A DNA stretch of 64,000 nt from Methanomassiliicoccaceae archaeon (GTDB taxonomy: Archaea; Thermoplasmatota; Thermoplasmata; Methanomassiliicoccales; UBA472). Both the position numbers and the translations under genes were made by a program. Positions 47,180 to 58,988 of this stretch are shown here, one piece after another; within the stretch, counting starts at the first letter, position 1, and each line of letters opens with the position of its first letter. The stretch lies in contig CAWDXN010000005.1 of NCBI GenBank assembly GCA_963806355.1, positions 57,980-121,979 on the forward strand. Reading direction: 5' to 3'. The notes under the pieces were generated by a model. It ran no database searches. It had not been told where the DNA came from and worked only from the letters and a program-made list of their open reading frames with translations.

Positions 47180-50022
47180 ATGCAGTCGATATTCTGGGTC
47201 CTGGACAACGGTCAACCTTTTGTTGACTCGCTGAGGGAGGACCTGGTGAGCCGGGGCTACTGCGCCGGCCTGGTGGCCGACATCGATGCCTTCCTTGATG
47301 ACCAGATCAGCGGTTACGCGAGAGCGCTGATCATGCTGCACGACCCCCAATGCAACGTTATCCCAGTGCTGAACCACATCAACCAGCAGATGGTGACGAC
47401 CCCGGTGGTGGTCCTTTTCCAAAATGTGGACATCGTGGGCGTCACTGAACTGGCCAACAACGGGGCCGATCTCATCTATCCCCTGGACATGGACGTGGAC
47501 GATATGTTCCGCCGCCTCGTCGCCGACGTGGAAAGGCTTGGGGGCGGTTACAACGGGGACCACAACGAGCCGACCGAGATGAGCTTGTTGGACAAGATGG
47601 AGAACTTGGCCGATTGGGTGTGGCGCATCGACGAGAAGGGGCAGATAACCTTCTCGAGCGAGAGCGTGCGCAAGATCCTGGGCTATACTCACACCGACCT
47701 CAAGGGCAAGGTGCTCTGGAGGCTGACGCCCACCATCGAGATGCCACGGTTCCACTCCCAATTGGAAGAGGTCAGGCAGAATGCTCAGGAGCCCTCTGCG
47801 CTCCAGTTCGTGATCATATCCAAATCCGGCACCGTAGTTCACTTGGAGGGTCTGGCCATGCCTCTCTTCGATGTGGACGGCGCTTATATGGGCATGATCG
47901 CCGCCTGCAGGGACGTGACCACCCACAAGAAGGCGGTGGAGGACCTGATGATAGCGGAGGACCGCTATAGCATACTCTTCGAATCGTCCCCTGACCCGAT
48001 CATCACCCTCAGCCCGGGAGGGCGCATAGAGTCCGTGAACTTGGCAGGGGTCAGTCTGCTCGGGGCCACGAAGGCCAATGAGCTGATCGGCAGGAGCTTC
48101 TACTCCTTCATCGCGGAAGGTGAGAGGAACCGGGCCAACAACTACTTCCAAGAGCTGTTGCGGAACCACGAGCACTTCCAATCCGAGTTCATCTTTCAGA
48201 GGGACAATGGAACCAGCCTTTTGATGGAGATCAGCGCAGCGGTGCTACTGGAATCGACCGGGAAACCGTCCTGCATAATCGCGATATTGCACGACGCCTC
48301 GATGCGCAACCGCATCGCCTACGAGTTCCAGACCAACAGTGTGCATCATCCCCACCTCAACCTCCACTCGCAGGACATCTTCGCGGAGATAGACCAGGAC
48401 CTGAGCATCCGTTACCTGAGCTCCAACTTCGAGACCATCACCGGCATCCCGGTCCGGGAGGTTATAGGCAAGGCCCCCTTCGACCTCATGGAGGAGGAGG
48501 ACCGGTTGAGCTTGGTGGAGGAGATGGAACCGTTGCTGAGCCGCATGCAGCCCTTCTTCTCCGTGCGTTACCGTGCCCGACGTTCCGATGAGAAGGTCCT
48601 GCATTTCGAGATGAACGGCATACCCTTCTTCGACGATGACAACATGTTCCGAGGCTACCGGGCGCTGGTGCGGAACGTGACCGACCGGGTCGAGAAGGAG
48701 ATAGCCCTGAAATTGGAGCAACAGAAGCTCGAAACGATAATGCAGAACATCTCCGAGGATATCTGGATAACCGACCTTGACTTCCAATTCCTATATGTGA
48801 GCAACAACATGAGAAGGTCCCTGGGTCTGAACGGGGGACCGATCGATTTCGACATGATGAAACGGTGCCTCGACCAAGAGTCCATCGAGAAGCTTGAGGA
48901 GGCCTACAAGACCCTTAAGAACCTGGCCAAACAACATCGGGTCAAAGAGAGCCCGGTGCTGAAGGTGGAGACCAAGGTGTTGCGCAAGGATGGCACATTC
49001 TTCTGGAGCGAACAGAAGATGATGTTGATCCGCCGTGACAGCGGCGAGTCCGTGGGCATCCTCGGCATCGCCAAGGACATAACCGAGGAGAAGCGTCTTG
49101 AGGTGGGTCTGAGAAGGAGCGAGGCGCGCAACCTCTGTTTCCTCAGATCGGCCATGGAGATCGTCCTGGTCATCCATCCATACAAGGGCACCATCCTCGA
49201 GGCCAATCCGAGGAGCTGTTCCGACCTGGGCTATAGCCGGGAGGAGATGGTCGGTAACCATCTCTCCTTGATCGTGGAGGGTTGGAACCGAGATGACCTG
49301 GCCGCCCTAAGGGACAAGGTCGTCGCCGGAGAGTTGGTCAGGGTGGAGGGAAAGCATCGCCGCAAGGACCGCACCCTCATGGATGTGGAGACGTCCATGA
49401 TGGCGATGCCATGGGAGGACGATATGGCCATCGTCGCCTTCTCCCGAGATGTTAGCCATTCCAACGCTCTGGTGAGCAAGATCGCGGAGAAGAGGGAGGA
49501 CTTCCTGACGGCAGCAGGCCTGGCCAATCTATCCGAGGATTGCGTCACCGAGGAGGAGATGCTCGGGGAGGCTTGAAGCTCCTGATCGATCGAAACCGTT
49601 TTGAGGCCGGAGCGGTCTTCTTCAACAACGGTATTGGCGGTTTGAAGCTGGTGGCCCATCAGGGCATACCGAATGAGGGCCTTAGCATCCTGGACAAGAT
49701 GAACGGCCATTATCCCAATTTGATCCACTATTTGAATAGCCATGAGCCGGTCTGGGGCGAGAAGGCCATGGACCGGACCGATTGGGCCAGGACATGGGGT
49801 GTCGAGTCCTTCGTGGCATTCCCATTGACCAATGGCGCCAAACCCTATGGCATCATGGCCTTGGCCTCGACCAAGGAAGAGCTGATATCATATGAAAGGC
49901 GGGAGGTGCTGCGGACCTTCTGGAAACAGATATGCGATTCGCTAGCGCTGGTCCGTCTGAAGGAATTGATAAAACATGAGGTGGCGCAGACCTCCATCGA
50001 GGCGCTGCGCGTTAAGAACTGA
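47180..50022 (+). CDS. Multi-sensor protein: degenerate receiver-like domain, five PAS domains, C-terminal GAF-like domain (probable frameshift near 49570)
   Basis: Five PAS units ending RDVT/HDAS/RNVT/KDIT/RDVS; SFVAFPL...YGIMALAS GAF-like tail; no HisKA/HATPase motifs. Confidence 0.75.
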
Positions 50023-50038
50023 TGAAAAAAGGTTTTTC

Positions 50039-51631
50039 CTAGTGCTTGCCGCCTTCCTTGGGATGGCCGTGCACTGCTTCTTCGCGCTCCTTCTTGGCCT
50101 GCTGCTGTGCCAGCACCTCGGCCCTCTGCTCGAACGTGCCGTCCTTGGGCAGCACCTTCTTCACCGTGGCCATGGCGTCCATGCCGAACTCGAACAAGGC
50201 AGGCGGGATGCGGATGTTGCCCCTCAGGCTCGTTCCGACCAGTTTCCCGGGGTTCATGATGTCCTCGGGGTCGAAGGTGGTCTTGATGGCCCGGACGTAC
50301 TTGGCGCCCGGCCCGCGGATCTTGTCCAAGTTCGAGGCGAAGAACGCCCCGAATCCCAACGGGCGACCGCCATAGTCGTAGGACATGTCGGCGAACTTCT
50401 TGTTGAAACCGAAGGAGGTCAGGTTGGTCAGGTCGTCGAAGTCGGCGAAGTAGTAGGGCATGAACATCACGGTGTTGCGATCGGCAAGGATGCCGATGAT
50501 GGCGCCGGTCATGTTCATGTCCTCCATGAGCTTGTAGGTGCGCTGGGCGAAGACCTCGAAGTCCTTTAGCGGGACCACGGCCTCGCCGGGGATGTGGCCG
50601 ATGCCGATCTCGCGGGCGCGGAACTCGTAGCAGCGCTCATCCCACTCGTGCTCGGCGATGCTCTGCTCCAGCCTCTTGCCCCCATGCTTGGCCATGATCT
50701 CATCTATGACCTTCTCCTCGTATTCCACGATGGTCTTGTCGCCCTCCAGCATGATGTTGAGCATGGAGCCGACCTCGGGGGCGTGCTTGCCGGCCTTGCG
50801 GAGCATCTCGAAGTGCTTGCCGTCGCTGAAACCGATGTGCAACGGGTCGATGCGCTTGCGGCACATCTCCATCAAGGGCTTCCCCATCGCCATCAGGTTA
50901 TCGAAATCGTAGGAGATGGGCTTCATTACCTCGGGGCCGGGCATGAGCTTCAGGGTGACCTTGCTGATCACGCCCAAGGTGCCCTCCGCCCCGACGATGA
51001 GCCAGGTGAGATTGTAGGCGGACTGGTTGTCCACCACCTTTTCGAATCCGGTGTTCACCAGCGTGCCGTCGGGCATGACGACCTCGAGGTTGCGCAGGTT
51101 CTGTCCGGCCGAGCCGTACTTGTAGGAGCCGACGCCGATGCCACCGGTGGAGATCCATCCGGCCAAGGTGGCGCTGGGGAAGCTGGAAGGGTAGGAGCAG
51201 AGCAACAGTCCCTTCTCCATGCATGCCTCGTAGACCTGCTTCCAGGTGCAGCCAGGCTGGGCGGTGACGGTGAGGCCGACCGGGTCGATGTCCAGGATCT
51301 TGTTCATGCCCCCGGTGAAATCGATGAGCACTCCGCCATAGATCGGTATGGAACCTCCGAGCCCCCAGGTGGAGGAACCGCGCGGGGTGATGGGGACGCC
51401 TTCGTCAGCGCAGATGCGGACGATCTTGACCACGTCCTCGCTGGAGTGAGGGCGCACCACGATGTCGGGGATGTTCTTAAAGGCGATCTGGGTCAAATTG
51501 GGCAACGGGGCGAGGTCGTGGCTGTAAAGCACACGCTCCATCATGCTCGTCTTGACGTTCTCTTGACCGATCGCGTCCCTCAGCCTGGCGACCAGCTGCG
51601 GGTTGGCATTCTTGTCATCATTGGCATCCAT
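50039..51631 (-). CDS. FAD-binding oxidoreductase, GlcD/D-lactate dehydrogenase family
   Basis: PDIVVRP, PRGSST, ATLAGWISTGG, GAEGTLGVI, IKTTFDPEDIMNPGK. Confidence 0.9.
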   Translation of the reverse strand: MDANDDKNANPQLVARLRDAIGQENVKTSMMERVLYSHDLAPLPNLTQIAFKNIPDIVVRPHSSEDVVKIVRICADEGVPITPRGSSTWGLGGSIPIYGGVLIDFTGGMNKILDIDPVGLTVTAQPGCTWKQVYEACMEKGLLLCSYPSSFPSATLAGWISTGGIGVGSYKYGSAGQNLRNLEVVMPDGTLVNTGFEKVVDNQSAYNLTWLIVGAEGTLGVISKVTLKLMPGPEVMKPISYDFDNLMAMGKPLMEMCRKRIDPLHIGFSDGKHFEMLRKAGKHAPEVGSMLNIMLEGDKTIVEYEEKVIDEIMAKHGGKRLEQSIAEHEWDERCYEFRAREIGIGHIPGEAVVPLKDFEVFAQRTYKLMEDMNMTGAIIGILADRNTVMFMPYYFADFDDLTNLTSFGFNKKFADMSYDYGGRPLGFGAFFASNLDKIRGPGAKYVRAIKTTFDPEDIMNPGKLVGTSLRGNIRIPPALFEFGMDAMATVKKVLPKDGTFEQRAEVLAQQQAKKEREEAVHGHPKEGGKH

Positions 51632-51739
51632 CTGAAACCCTCTAACAATGGGAACGAACGAATTGTACCGGAAACAATTCGCTCTATTTTAAATGTATTG
51701 TAATCTGGCGCATCTGGAATGTATAAAAATCAACAATAT

Positions 51740-52033
51740 GGTCGGTCCGGGGCTTACCGGGCTTCTGGGTACTTCGGCGCTTGGTTCCGCCAAGGGTATC
51801 TGCAGATCACCTTGGTCGTAGGACCTGCGTCGCCCAATCTCCTCACTGGGCTTTTTCACCTCAATGGTGTAGGCCGCGTTGGGAATTCGCTTTTGCCTTC
51901 TATGGATTTACCATAGGGCGCAGGCGAACCGAAGCAAGGGCTTCGAATCGGGGCGGATACCTGGGGCGCCATCCTCAAATGACGCTGATATCAATCCGTT
52001 TTCCCCAGAGGGCATACGGCCCCCGGACCGATT
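51740..52033 (+). ncRNA. Putative about 294-nt highly structured RNA of unknown class
   Basis: 13-bp closing helix and nested long-range helices plus several hairpins; most G-U pairs work on + strand; no credible ORF. Confidence 0.6.
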
Positions 52034-52200
52034 GATTACTAGGCAGAGGCAAGTATTTCTAACCTTCGCAGACGAAATTTCGGGGCGCCCATCGTTTAAG
52101 AATTTGACCGAGCCAACATCGGCAAAGGACGATGTGATCGAAGGAGGCGCGCAAAGGATTTTCACTTCTAGCGTGAGAACGGAAAGTTATTATAAAGGGA

Positions 52201-52449
52201 TCAGGCGCCGCCTTTCTTTAACGCTTCCACCTTCTGTCGCAGATCGATGATCTTGGCGTTTATCTTGGCCTCCTTCTTGTGGACCTTATCTTTGACCTTG
52301 TCGAAGTGCTCCTTGTCCATCTCCTTCTTGCTTAGCTTGAACTGGGCCTCGTCCAGCTCCTTGCGGTAGTCCGCCTTGAGCGCGTTCAGCTCCTTTATCT
52401 TCTCCTCAAGCCTCTTGACCTTGTCCAAGATATCGACCTCTCCAGGCAT
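52201..52449 (-). CDS. Small Lys/Glu-rich coiled-coil protein
   Basis: 82-aa ORF with host-like codon usage; TATA-like TTATTATAT about 25 nt upstream. Confidence 0.7.
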   Translation of the reverse strand: MPGEVDILDKVKRLEEKIKELNALKADYRKELDEAQFKLSKKEMDKEHFDKVKDKVHKKEAKINAKIIDLRQKVEALKKGGA

Positions 52450-52500
52450 TACAGTATCGAGGTAGCTGGGATATAATAATGTGGTCGGGACCCCATTTCT

Positions 52501-52924
52501 CTAAGCTCCATCGAGCCAGCGCATCTCGTTGATGATGGTCGGCAGCATGTCCTCCTCAATGAGATGAAGATGGGTAGGACAGGCGCAATCTGACGACCCG
52601 AAGCCCTCGCACACCATGCGCGAGCCTTCCGTACCGGCGACCAACCGATTGATCTCGCACTCCCTGTCGTCCCCCTCGATCATTATCGCCGAGACCGGTT
52701 CGGCGTGCAATAGCAAGCGGTCGATGTGCCAGTGCACCTTCTTCTCGGTGGAGAAATGTCTTCCCACCCGTGCGAAAAGGGATGACTGGGCCGAGCCAGC
52801 GTAAACGTAGGTCCCAACTGGGGAAGGTGCATATGCCCGGGGCGCCCACGTGCAGTTCGACCTCTTCTCCTAAGTGGAAAAGGAGAAGATAGGAACCTTT
52901 TGGCGCCGAGGCCGGGGACATCAT
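52501..52924 (-). CDS. DUF123 / GIY-YIG (Uri) endonuclease family; frameshift near 52815
   Basis: KGSYLL, YVYAGSA, RH...KK.HWHID.L, EC, GFGSSDCACPTHL. Confidence 0.85.
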
Positions 52925-52933
52925 CGACTCGCC

Positions 52934-53494
52934 CTAGGTCCTCACCTTGGTGGCGAGGCTGGCCACCCTTTCACCTAAAGCCCGGGCCGCCTTCATGCTC
53001 TTCTCGTCGGAGCGTGCCGCCCCAAGCTCCCTCACCATGGAGTGGGCGAACGCGCCCGCAGGCAGCACGAACCCCTGCAAGGTCATGAAATCCATCAGGC
53101 AGGCGGTGGTCAGCTCATGCCCGGCCCGACCGCCCACCGCGATCACGCCCCCGACCTTTCCCTCCAGCTTCCGGCCCATCTTCGATAGGAGATAGGTCCG
53201 GTCCAACAGCGCTTTTGTCTGGGAGGTCATATTTCCGAAGTAGATCGGCGTGCCGATGATGATGGCGTCGGCCTCCATCATCTTGGGGTAGATGTCGGTC
53301 ATGTCGTCATCGATGAGGCACTTGCCCGCCTGCCCGCAGGTGGGGTGGGCCACGCAACCTTTGATGTCCTTCCCGGCCAAGGAGACGAACTCGACCTCAG
53401 CGCCCTTGGCCTTAGCCCCCTCCAGCGCCTCCATGATCAAGATCTCGGTGTTACCGTCCTTTCTCGGACTTCCAGAAATTCCCAGCACTTTCAT
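52934..53494 (-). CDS. Iron-sulfur flavoprotein / flavodoxin-family protein
   Basis: GISGSPRKDGNT, CVAHPTC..GKC.IDDD, ADAIIIGTPIYFG, KALLDR. Confidence 0.88.
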   Translation of the reverse strand: MKVLGISGSPRKDGNTEILIMEALEGAKAKGAEVEFVSLAGKDIKGCVAHPTCGQAGKCLIDDDMTDIYPKMMEADAIIIGTPIYFGNMTSQTKALLDRTYLLSKMGRKLEGKVGGVIAVGGRAGHELTTACLMDFMTLQGFVLPAGAFAHSMVRELGAARSDEKSMKAARALGERVASLATKVRT

Positions 53495-53562
53495 GTGAAC
53501 CACCGACAAAATCAGGTTGAGACGGTTTAAAGCTTCGCTCTGGAAAGGATCCCATTCATCGT

Positions 53563-54518
53563 TCAGGTATTGGCGGTGGCAGACTGAGATCGCCTGGCCT
53601 TGTCCTCTGACTCCACCTGGCTGCGGGTCTTGATGCGGATGAGGATGCTGCCGGGCATGCGGCTCGGCGATATCGTCGTCACCTCGCCCAACTTACGTCC
53701 GTAGACCTCAAGGTCGGCGATGGCAGCCGCATATTGCTCGAATGGCAGCTTGGCCCGCACGCCGTTGACGTGCAGGACCACGGGGGCCGGGCGCAGGTTG
53801 TCCTGGATCGCTTGCATCGAGTCCAGGCGGTCCTTGATCTCGGCCGGGTGCACGAAGAGCGGGTCATCGTCCGTGTCCTTGCGCTTCAGCTCGATGAGGC
53901 CTTGCACCTTCTCCGCCACCTCGTCCAGCTTCTGGATCTCCTCGGCCCGGCGCATGCGCTCCACCTTTCGCCCGATGCCGCACACCAGCGCATCGCAGGC
54001 GGGCAACGAGTCGAACTCCGGTCCACAGGTGGCGACAACCGGTATCTGGATGTCCTGCCAGAGCTTGAATTTGTGCTTCTCCACGCACTCCCGGAAGTTG
54101 CCGACCACGAAGACCGCCGCGTCGTACTCCTCGATGATGGCCTTCTCGTCGGCGCTGATCTGCGCGGTGTGCTTGCCCCTGCCCCGCGCCAGGCCCATGA
54201 CCACGGTGATGGCGCCGTAGCGACGCAGGTTCTCCGCGATGTCGCAGATGGGGTGGGGCATGTGATGCCTTCCTAGGGTCGGGCCCGACCACCACTATCT
54301 CCGTGCCGGCCAAGGGGACGTCGACCAACTTCGCCGCCCAGCTCCCGCGATCTTGCGCTCGATGATCGGCCGGTCCTCCTCCGGGATGGCAATGGTGATG
54401 ATTATCTGGACCTGGATGCTGGGTCTTCTGGATGACGAAGCCCGCCGATGTCCTCGATGAGCTCGTACAGCTCGTTGATCCGGTAGACACCACCGTCGAA
54501 CATCAGCACCTGGTACAT
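53563..54518 (-). CDS. mmp7: Methanogenesis marker protein 7; frameshifted
   Basis: MYQVLMFDGGVY, PLAGTEI, HMPHPICDIAENLRRYGA, GLARGRG; last gene of marker operon. Confidence 0.88.
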
Positions 54519-55076
54519 CAGGACGCCTCCATGGAATGATGCACTTTCTCAGCCGCATCCAACCAGTCCGGCTGGAAGCCGTGCTCGGTGTTGGCGATGG
54601 TCATCACGTCTCGGAGTTGAAGGAGTGGCGGATCTTCAGACCCTCTGGGACGAGCTTCCAGATGGCGTCAAGCACTTGGGCTCGCAGCTCCTCCTCCGGG
54701 TCCAGCTTCAGGTCCCATAGGTCGGTGCGGTTCTTCCCTGCCACGAAGATCTCCTAACGGGTCAACTGCTCCACCCGCTCCCGGCCGAAGGTCTTCCAGA
54801 GCAGGGCGAGCACGCGGGGGGCGAACGTCTCGTCGGTTATGGAGAGCATCACCCCGCCTTCCTTATCATCGAGCTGCACCACGTCGTAGATGGGACGGGC
54901 GCCGGCGGTGCGGCCGCATGCGCACCGAGATCACGAACAGCGGGTCGGCAGGCCGGACCAGCAGCATGACCTTGTCGATGCACGTTGGTCAGGCCCATGT
55001 CCACCAGGATGTCGCTCGAACAGCAGGGCATAGTCCTCCGCGCCCTTCTGGTCCGTGCCCTTCACCTGATCTCCAT
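54518..55076 (-). CDS. mmp17: Methanogenesis marker protein 17; heavily frameshifted
   Basis: Position between mmp15 and mmp7; fragments DPLFVIS, ITDETFAP, PEGLKIR. Confidence 0.7.
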
Positions 55077-55077
55077 C

Positions 55078-56314
55078 TCAATGCCCCTCAAGGAATCCCG
55101 ACGACAGCAATGCCGCGCCGACCGCCCCGATGTATTGGGAGTGGGGCGGCACGATCGGCCTCTCGCCCAGGGTGTGCTCCATGGCCGTGACCAGGCCAGA
55201 TGATCAGCGAGGTCCCGCCCACCTGGATGACCGGTTTGCGCACCTCGATCTCCTGGAGCTGCTGCTCGTAGATCTGTTCGGCCACGGAGTGGCAGGCGGC
55301 CGCGGCCACGTCCTCGATGGTGTGGCCCGCCGGCCAGCGAGGTGACCAGGTCCTGGATGCCGAATATCGAGCAATAGGAGTTCATGGGCACCTTCGTGTC
55401 GTCGCCCCGGTCCGCCATCGCCCCAGTTCGGTTATCTCCACCTTGAGCCGCTTTGCCGTCAGCTCCAGGAAACGTCCGGAGGCACCGGCGCATATGCCGC
55501 CCATGGTGAAGTTGTCCGGGATGCCGTCGCGCACGGTGATGGCCTTGTTGTCCATCCCGCCGATGTCGATGATGGTGGCCTCCCCCTTCTGCCGGTCGGC
55601 CAGCCAGACCGCGCCCTTGGAATTGGTCGTCAGCTCCTCCTGGATCAGCTTGGCATTGAACTTCTTGCCCATGGTGAAACGCCCGTAGCCAGTGGTGCCG
55701 ATGGCCTCGAGCTGCTGCCCGCTTGACCCCGGCCTCGGCCAGCGCCTCTGTCAGCGCCGTCTCGGCCGAGCAGAACACGTCCGCGGTCGGGAGCCAGAAC
55801 TTGCCGATGATCTCATTGTCCCGCATGATCATCGCCTTGGTGGTGGAGGAACCGGAGTCCATGCCTGCGGTCAGTCCGACCTGCCTTTCCCGGGCGAGCA
55901 GCTCCTTCCGTCTCCACGATGGTGACCAGCGCCTCCATCCTGGTGAGCAGCTGTCCGGACTTCGTCCTCTCGGTGAACGAATAGGTGACGACCGGCAGAC
56001 GGGTGTGCTCCTGGATGTAACTTCCTCAGCTCGGTGCGCACCAACGCCGCCTCGGCGCAACGGAAGCAGGAGGAGATGAACACGGCGTCGGCCTCGTAGC
56101 GTCCTTCGGCCAGGGCCATGGCGCGGGCGATCATCAGCTTCAGTTGCGGCGCTCACCGGGTTGAAGCCGAACTTCTCCACGGCCGATCTTGATCTTCTCC
56201 AGGTCCACGTCCGGGTACACCATCTTCGCGCCGACCGCGGTCGCGGCCGCTCTCGATCTCGGACTGGACGCCGGAGTACTCGGTCCCGCAGGACAACTGT
56301 GCGATCTTGATCAT
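55078..56314 (-). CDS. mmp15: Methanogenesis marker protein 15 (BadF/BcrAD-type ATPase); frameshifted
   Basis: [59 protein letters not shown]. Confidence 0.9.
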
Positions 56315-56749
56315 TTCACCAGTCCCTCCAGGAACGCCTTTATCTTTGGCACCATGACCTTGGCCTCTTCCTCGTTGGTCGGGTAGTCCAGCTCCAGCAA
56401 GGGTATCTTCCGCTTCCGGACCAGGAGCTTGATCATCTCGTTGGTCCGGGCGCAGCCGACGCAGCCGAACATGAACGGCGCGTCCTCCATGATTATCGCC
56501 GCCTCGGCCTCATCGACCAAGTGGTCCATAGACCGCCAGCCGACCCCTTATGCCCGACGGCACCTCGATGCCCGCGTACTTCAGGCCTTTCTTCACGTCG
56601 TCGACCGTGACGTTGATCGGCGGCGACTCGATCTCCTTGGACTGACTCTTCTCCTGGAGCACCCCCATGACGCTCAGGGGCTCATGGCCGAATCGTTCCA
56701 CCAGATCGAACAGTATCAGGCTGTTCGGCGGGACGATGAACACCTTCAT
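56311..56749 (-). CDS. mmp5: Methanogenesis marker protein 5; frameshift near 56540
   Basis: [52 protein letters not shown]. Confidence 0.92.
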
Positions 56750-57171
56750 GGACAGGCCTCCTCGCATACGTTCTTCAGGTCCTTGACGGGCATCTTGCCC
56801 TTCTTCTTGATGGGAGGGACCTTTTCCCCCCGCTCTAGGCATTGCAGGCCTTTCTCCACCATGGTCAGGTCCTTCACTTCCTTCTCCAGCTGGGCGAACC
56901 CAGGTCTCGAGCCATGATGGGCCCGGCACCTTCTCTGATCGCCCACTGGGAAGCCCCGCACCTTGGAATAGATGCGGGTGGGGTCCAGCTTCCGCACCTC
57001 GGTGAGGACCTTCCTCACCGCCTCGGTCTTGCCGGAGATGACCGCCCCGAAGCATGTCTCCTTGACGATGACGTCGGCATCGATGGTGTGTATGGTGCGC
57101 ACCAGCTGGTCCGGTGTCATGGTGCAGTCCGGGGCCAGAACTATGTATCTTGTCTCGTGGTCGAGCGTCAT
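56746..57171 (-). CDS. mmp6: Methanogenesis marker protein 6
   Basis: VKETCFGA, K.RGFPVGDQRRCRAHHGSRPGFAQLE. Confidence 0.92.
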   Translation of the reverse strand: MTLDHETRYIVLAPDCTMTPDQLVRTIHTIDADVIVKETCFGAVISGKTEAVRKVLTEVRKLDPTRIYSKVRGFPVGDQRRCRAHHGSRPGFAQLEKEVKDLTMVEKGLQCLERGEKVPPIKKKGKMPVKDLKNVCEEACP

Positions 57172-58812
57172 TTCTTCACCGCCTTCTTGGCCTTGGACGA
57201 CGAGGCCGTCTTCTTCGCCGCCGCCTTCTTGGGCTTGACCTCTGCATCATCGCTGGCTGACTTGCGCCGTGGTTTGGAGACCTTGTCAGGGCTGACATCC
57301 GTCTCGCGAAGGTACACGATGTCCCCATCCTTCAGACCGGCCATCATGCTCGTCTAGGTCGCCTGCGAAGCGACCGATGATGTTGGTCCCATGCTGTTCC
57401 TCCCCGGTGGGACCGAACTCGGGGCTCTCCTGCAGCCTGATGCCGATCAGGCCCCGATTCGGTCGGGACATGTTGGTGACACCGATGTCACCGCGACGGC
57501 TCATGTCCTTCCAGGACGGCTCAGGATAGAGGCTCGCACCCAGTTGGTCGTCCCCGTCGAAGGTGACCATGGACATGCCCTCAAAGGTGAAGTGCACCTT
57601 GACCGTACCTATGGGCTTGTGGTCCAGACCGGTGAGCTTCTCGATGTAGCGGACCGAGGCTGGCGCCTCGGACCGGAACAGGTACCAATCATGGATCCGA
57701 TCGGAGGTCGTACCGAATGTGTCGACCGAACCCTCCTCCATGACATGCATGGTAAGCTCCGGTTCCTGCTCTACGATGATGGCCGAGTCGTCGGTGATCC
57801 CTGTCCGCACCTGCCTCAGCCCCTGTGATTCCAGGAATCTCTGCCCTTCGGCCTGGGTCATGCCTATGACCATGACCCTCCCCGGTTTGGGGACGATGGT
57901 CACGGCCCCTCCCTCCGGGACGAGATGTATCAATTGGTGGCCGATCGATACCTTGCCGACGATGTTGTGGCTGTTGGAGACCTGCCTCCTGGTCTTGTAG
58001 AAGTATATCCGACCCATGCCGTCACCTTGGTGACGGACCGTCACCAGGTCAGGCTCGCGGATGGAATGGGACTCCTCGATCAGATTGACGTCCATCCTGG
58101 AGGAGTTGGCCGTGAACGACTCGGTCTTCTCGGTGACCTTGATGGTCCCTCCATCGACGGCCACCAGGAAGTGCTCCACCGACACTGGCGAACGGGGGTC
58201 CAGGTCGACCTGCACGAAGGTCTCCACCGACATGCCCGGTCCCAATCTGGTCTCAAGATCGTTGGTGGCCAATGCATCCTTGGACCGCAGCTCGATGATG
58301 ACCGGTCTGACTTCCAGGACCTTGTCCGCCTCATCAAGGGCATCGACGACATGCCTGCCGCTCGTCACCCTTCCGAAGACCGGGGCGGCCACGCCGTACG
58401 CGGCCTCATGGTCCTGGCGGGCGATCATGATGTAGGTGGTCTGGCTATCATAACCGCCCAGGGCGAAGAAGCAATCGTTGCGAATGAACTTGGCAGGGTC
58501 CCTCGAAGAAGGTATGGATGATGGGAACGATCCGATGGCGTCGATCTTGCTGGTGCGCCACCGCACACTGCGCCCCTCCAATCCTTTGTAGAGGTCGAGC
58601 CATGTCTGCTTCCATGCCCCCTCTTGCACTTGGACTATGAACGAACCCTTATCGGTGACGAACTCGAACTCGCTGGTCTCCTTTACCACCTGTTCCAGGG
58701 AACGGATGATCGCCAAATAGGTGCCGGGAACATAAGGTTGTCCTTCCAGGACATCGGCCAGCTTGGCCCCTTCCCCCACCTCGATGGGCTTGCCATTAAC
58801 ATTGATCCTCAT
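57168..58812 (-). CDS. mmp3: Methanogenesis marker protein 3; frameshift near 57350
   Basis: MRINVNG, IVEQEP, GLDHKPIG, IGVTNMSR, GIRL...EFGPTGE, TNIIG. Confidence 0.9.
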
Positions 58813-58988
58813 CTGGTCGGGGTGGGATGGCAGGGGGTGATAAAAAAGGTTTTGCATCATCTGGAAGGTCGAATTCCCACCCATTGGTGACGGTTTTTGG
58901 TCGACCCCCATCCCATAAAAGGATTGAGTGGTTGGCAAATCATTAATAAAAGGCCGTTTCCATATCAGATTCGTCTGGTGACATTTCT

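Noticed and set aside
50594..51703. Long antisense ORFs (also 471-1313, 3119-3757, 47138-48181)
   Set aside because: Typical GC-rich shadow frames opposite well-supported genes
51740..52033. Assignment as SRP RNA, second RNase P RNA, cobalamin riboswitch or HDV-like ribozyme
   Set aside because: Only fragmentary motif resemblance; required core elements could not be placed by eye
51719..52250. Short ORFs across the 51.7-52.2 kb intergenic region
   Set aside because: No recognisable motifs; extensive base pairing explains the sequence better
52447..52936. Amber stops of the Isf-like and DUF123 genes are each in frame with the next gene, suggesting pyrrolysine read-through fusions
   Set aside because: One-in-three chance each; both proteins are complete domains at the TAG and the last gene has its own TATA-like box; no pyl genes in window
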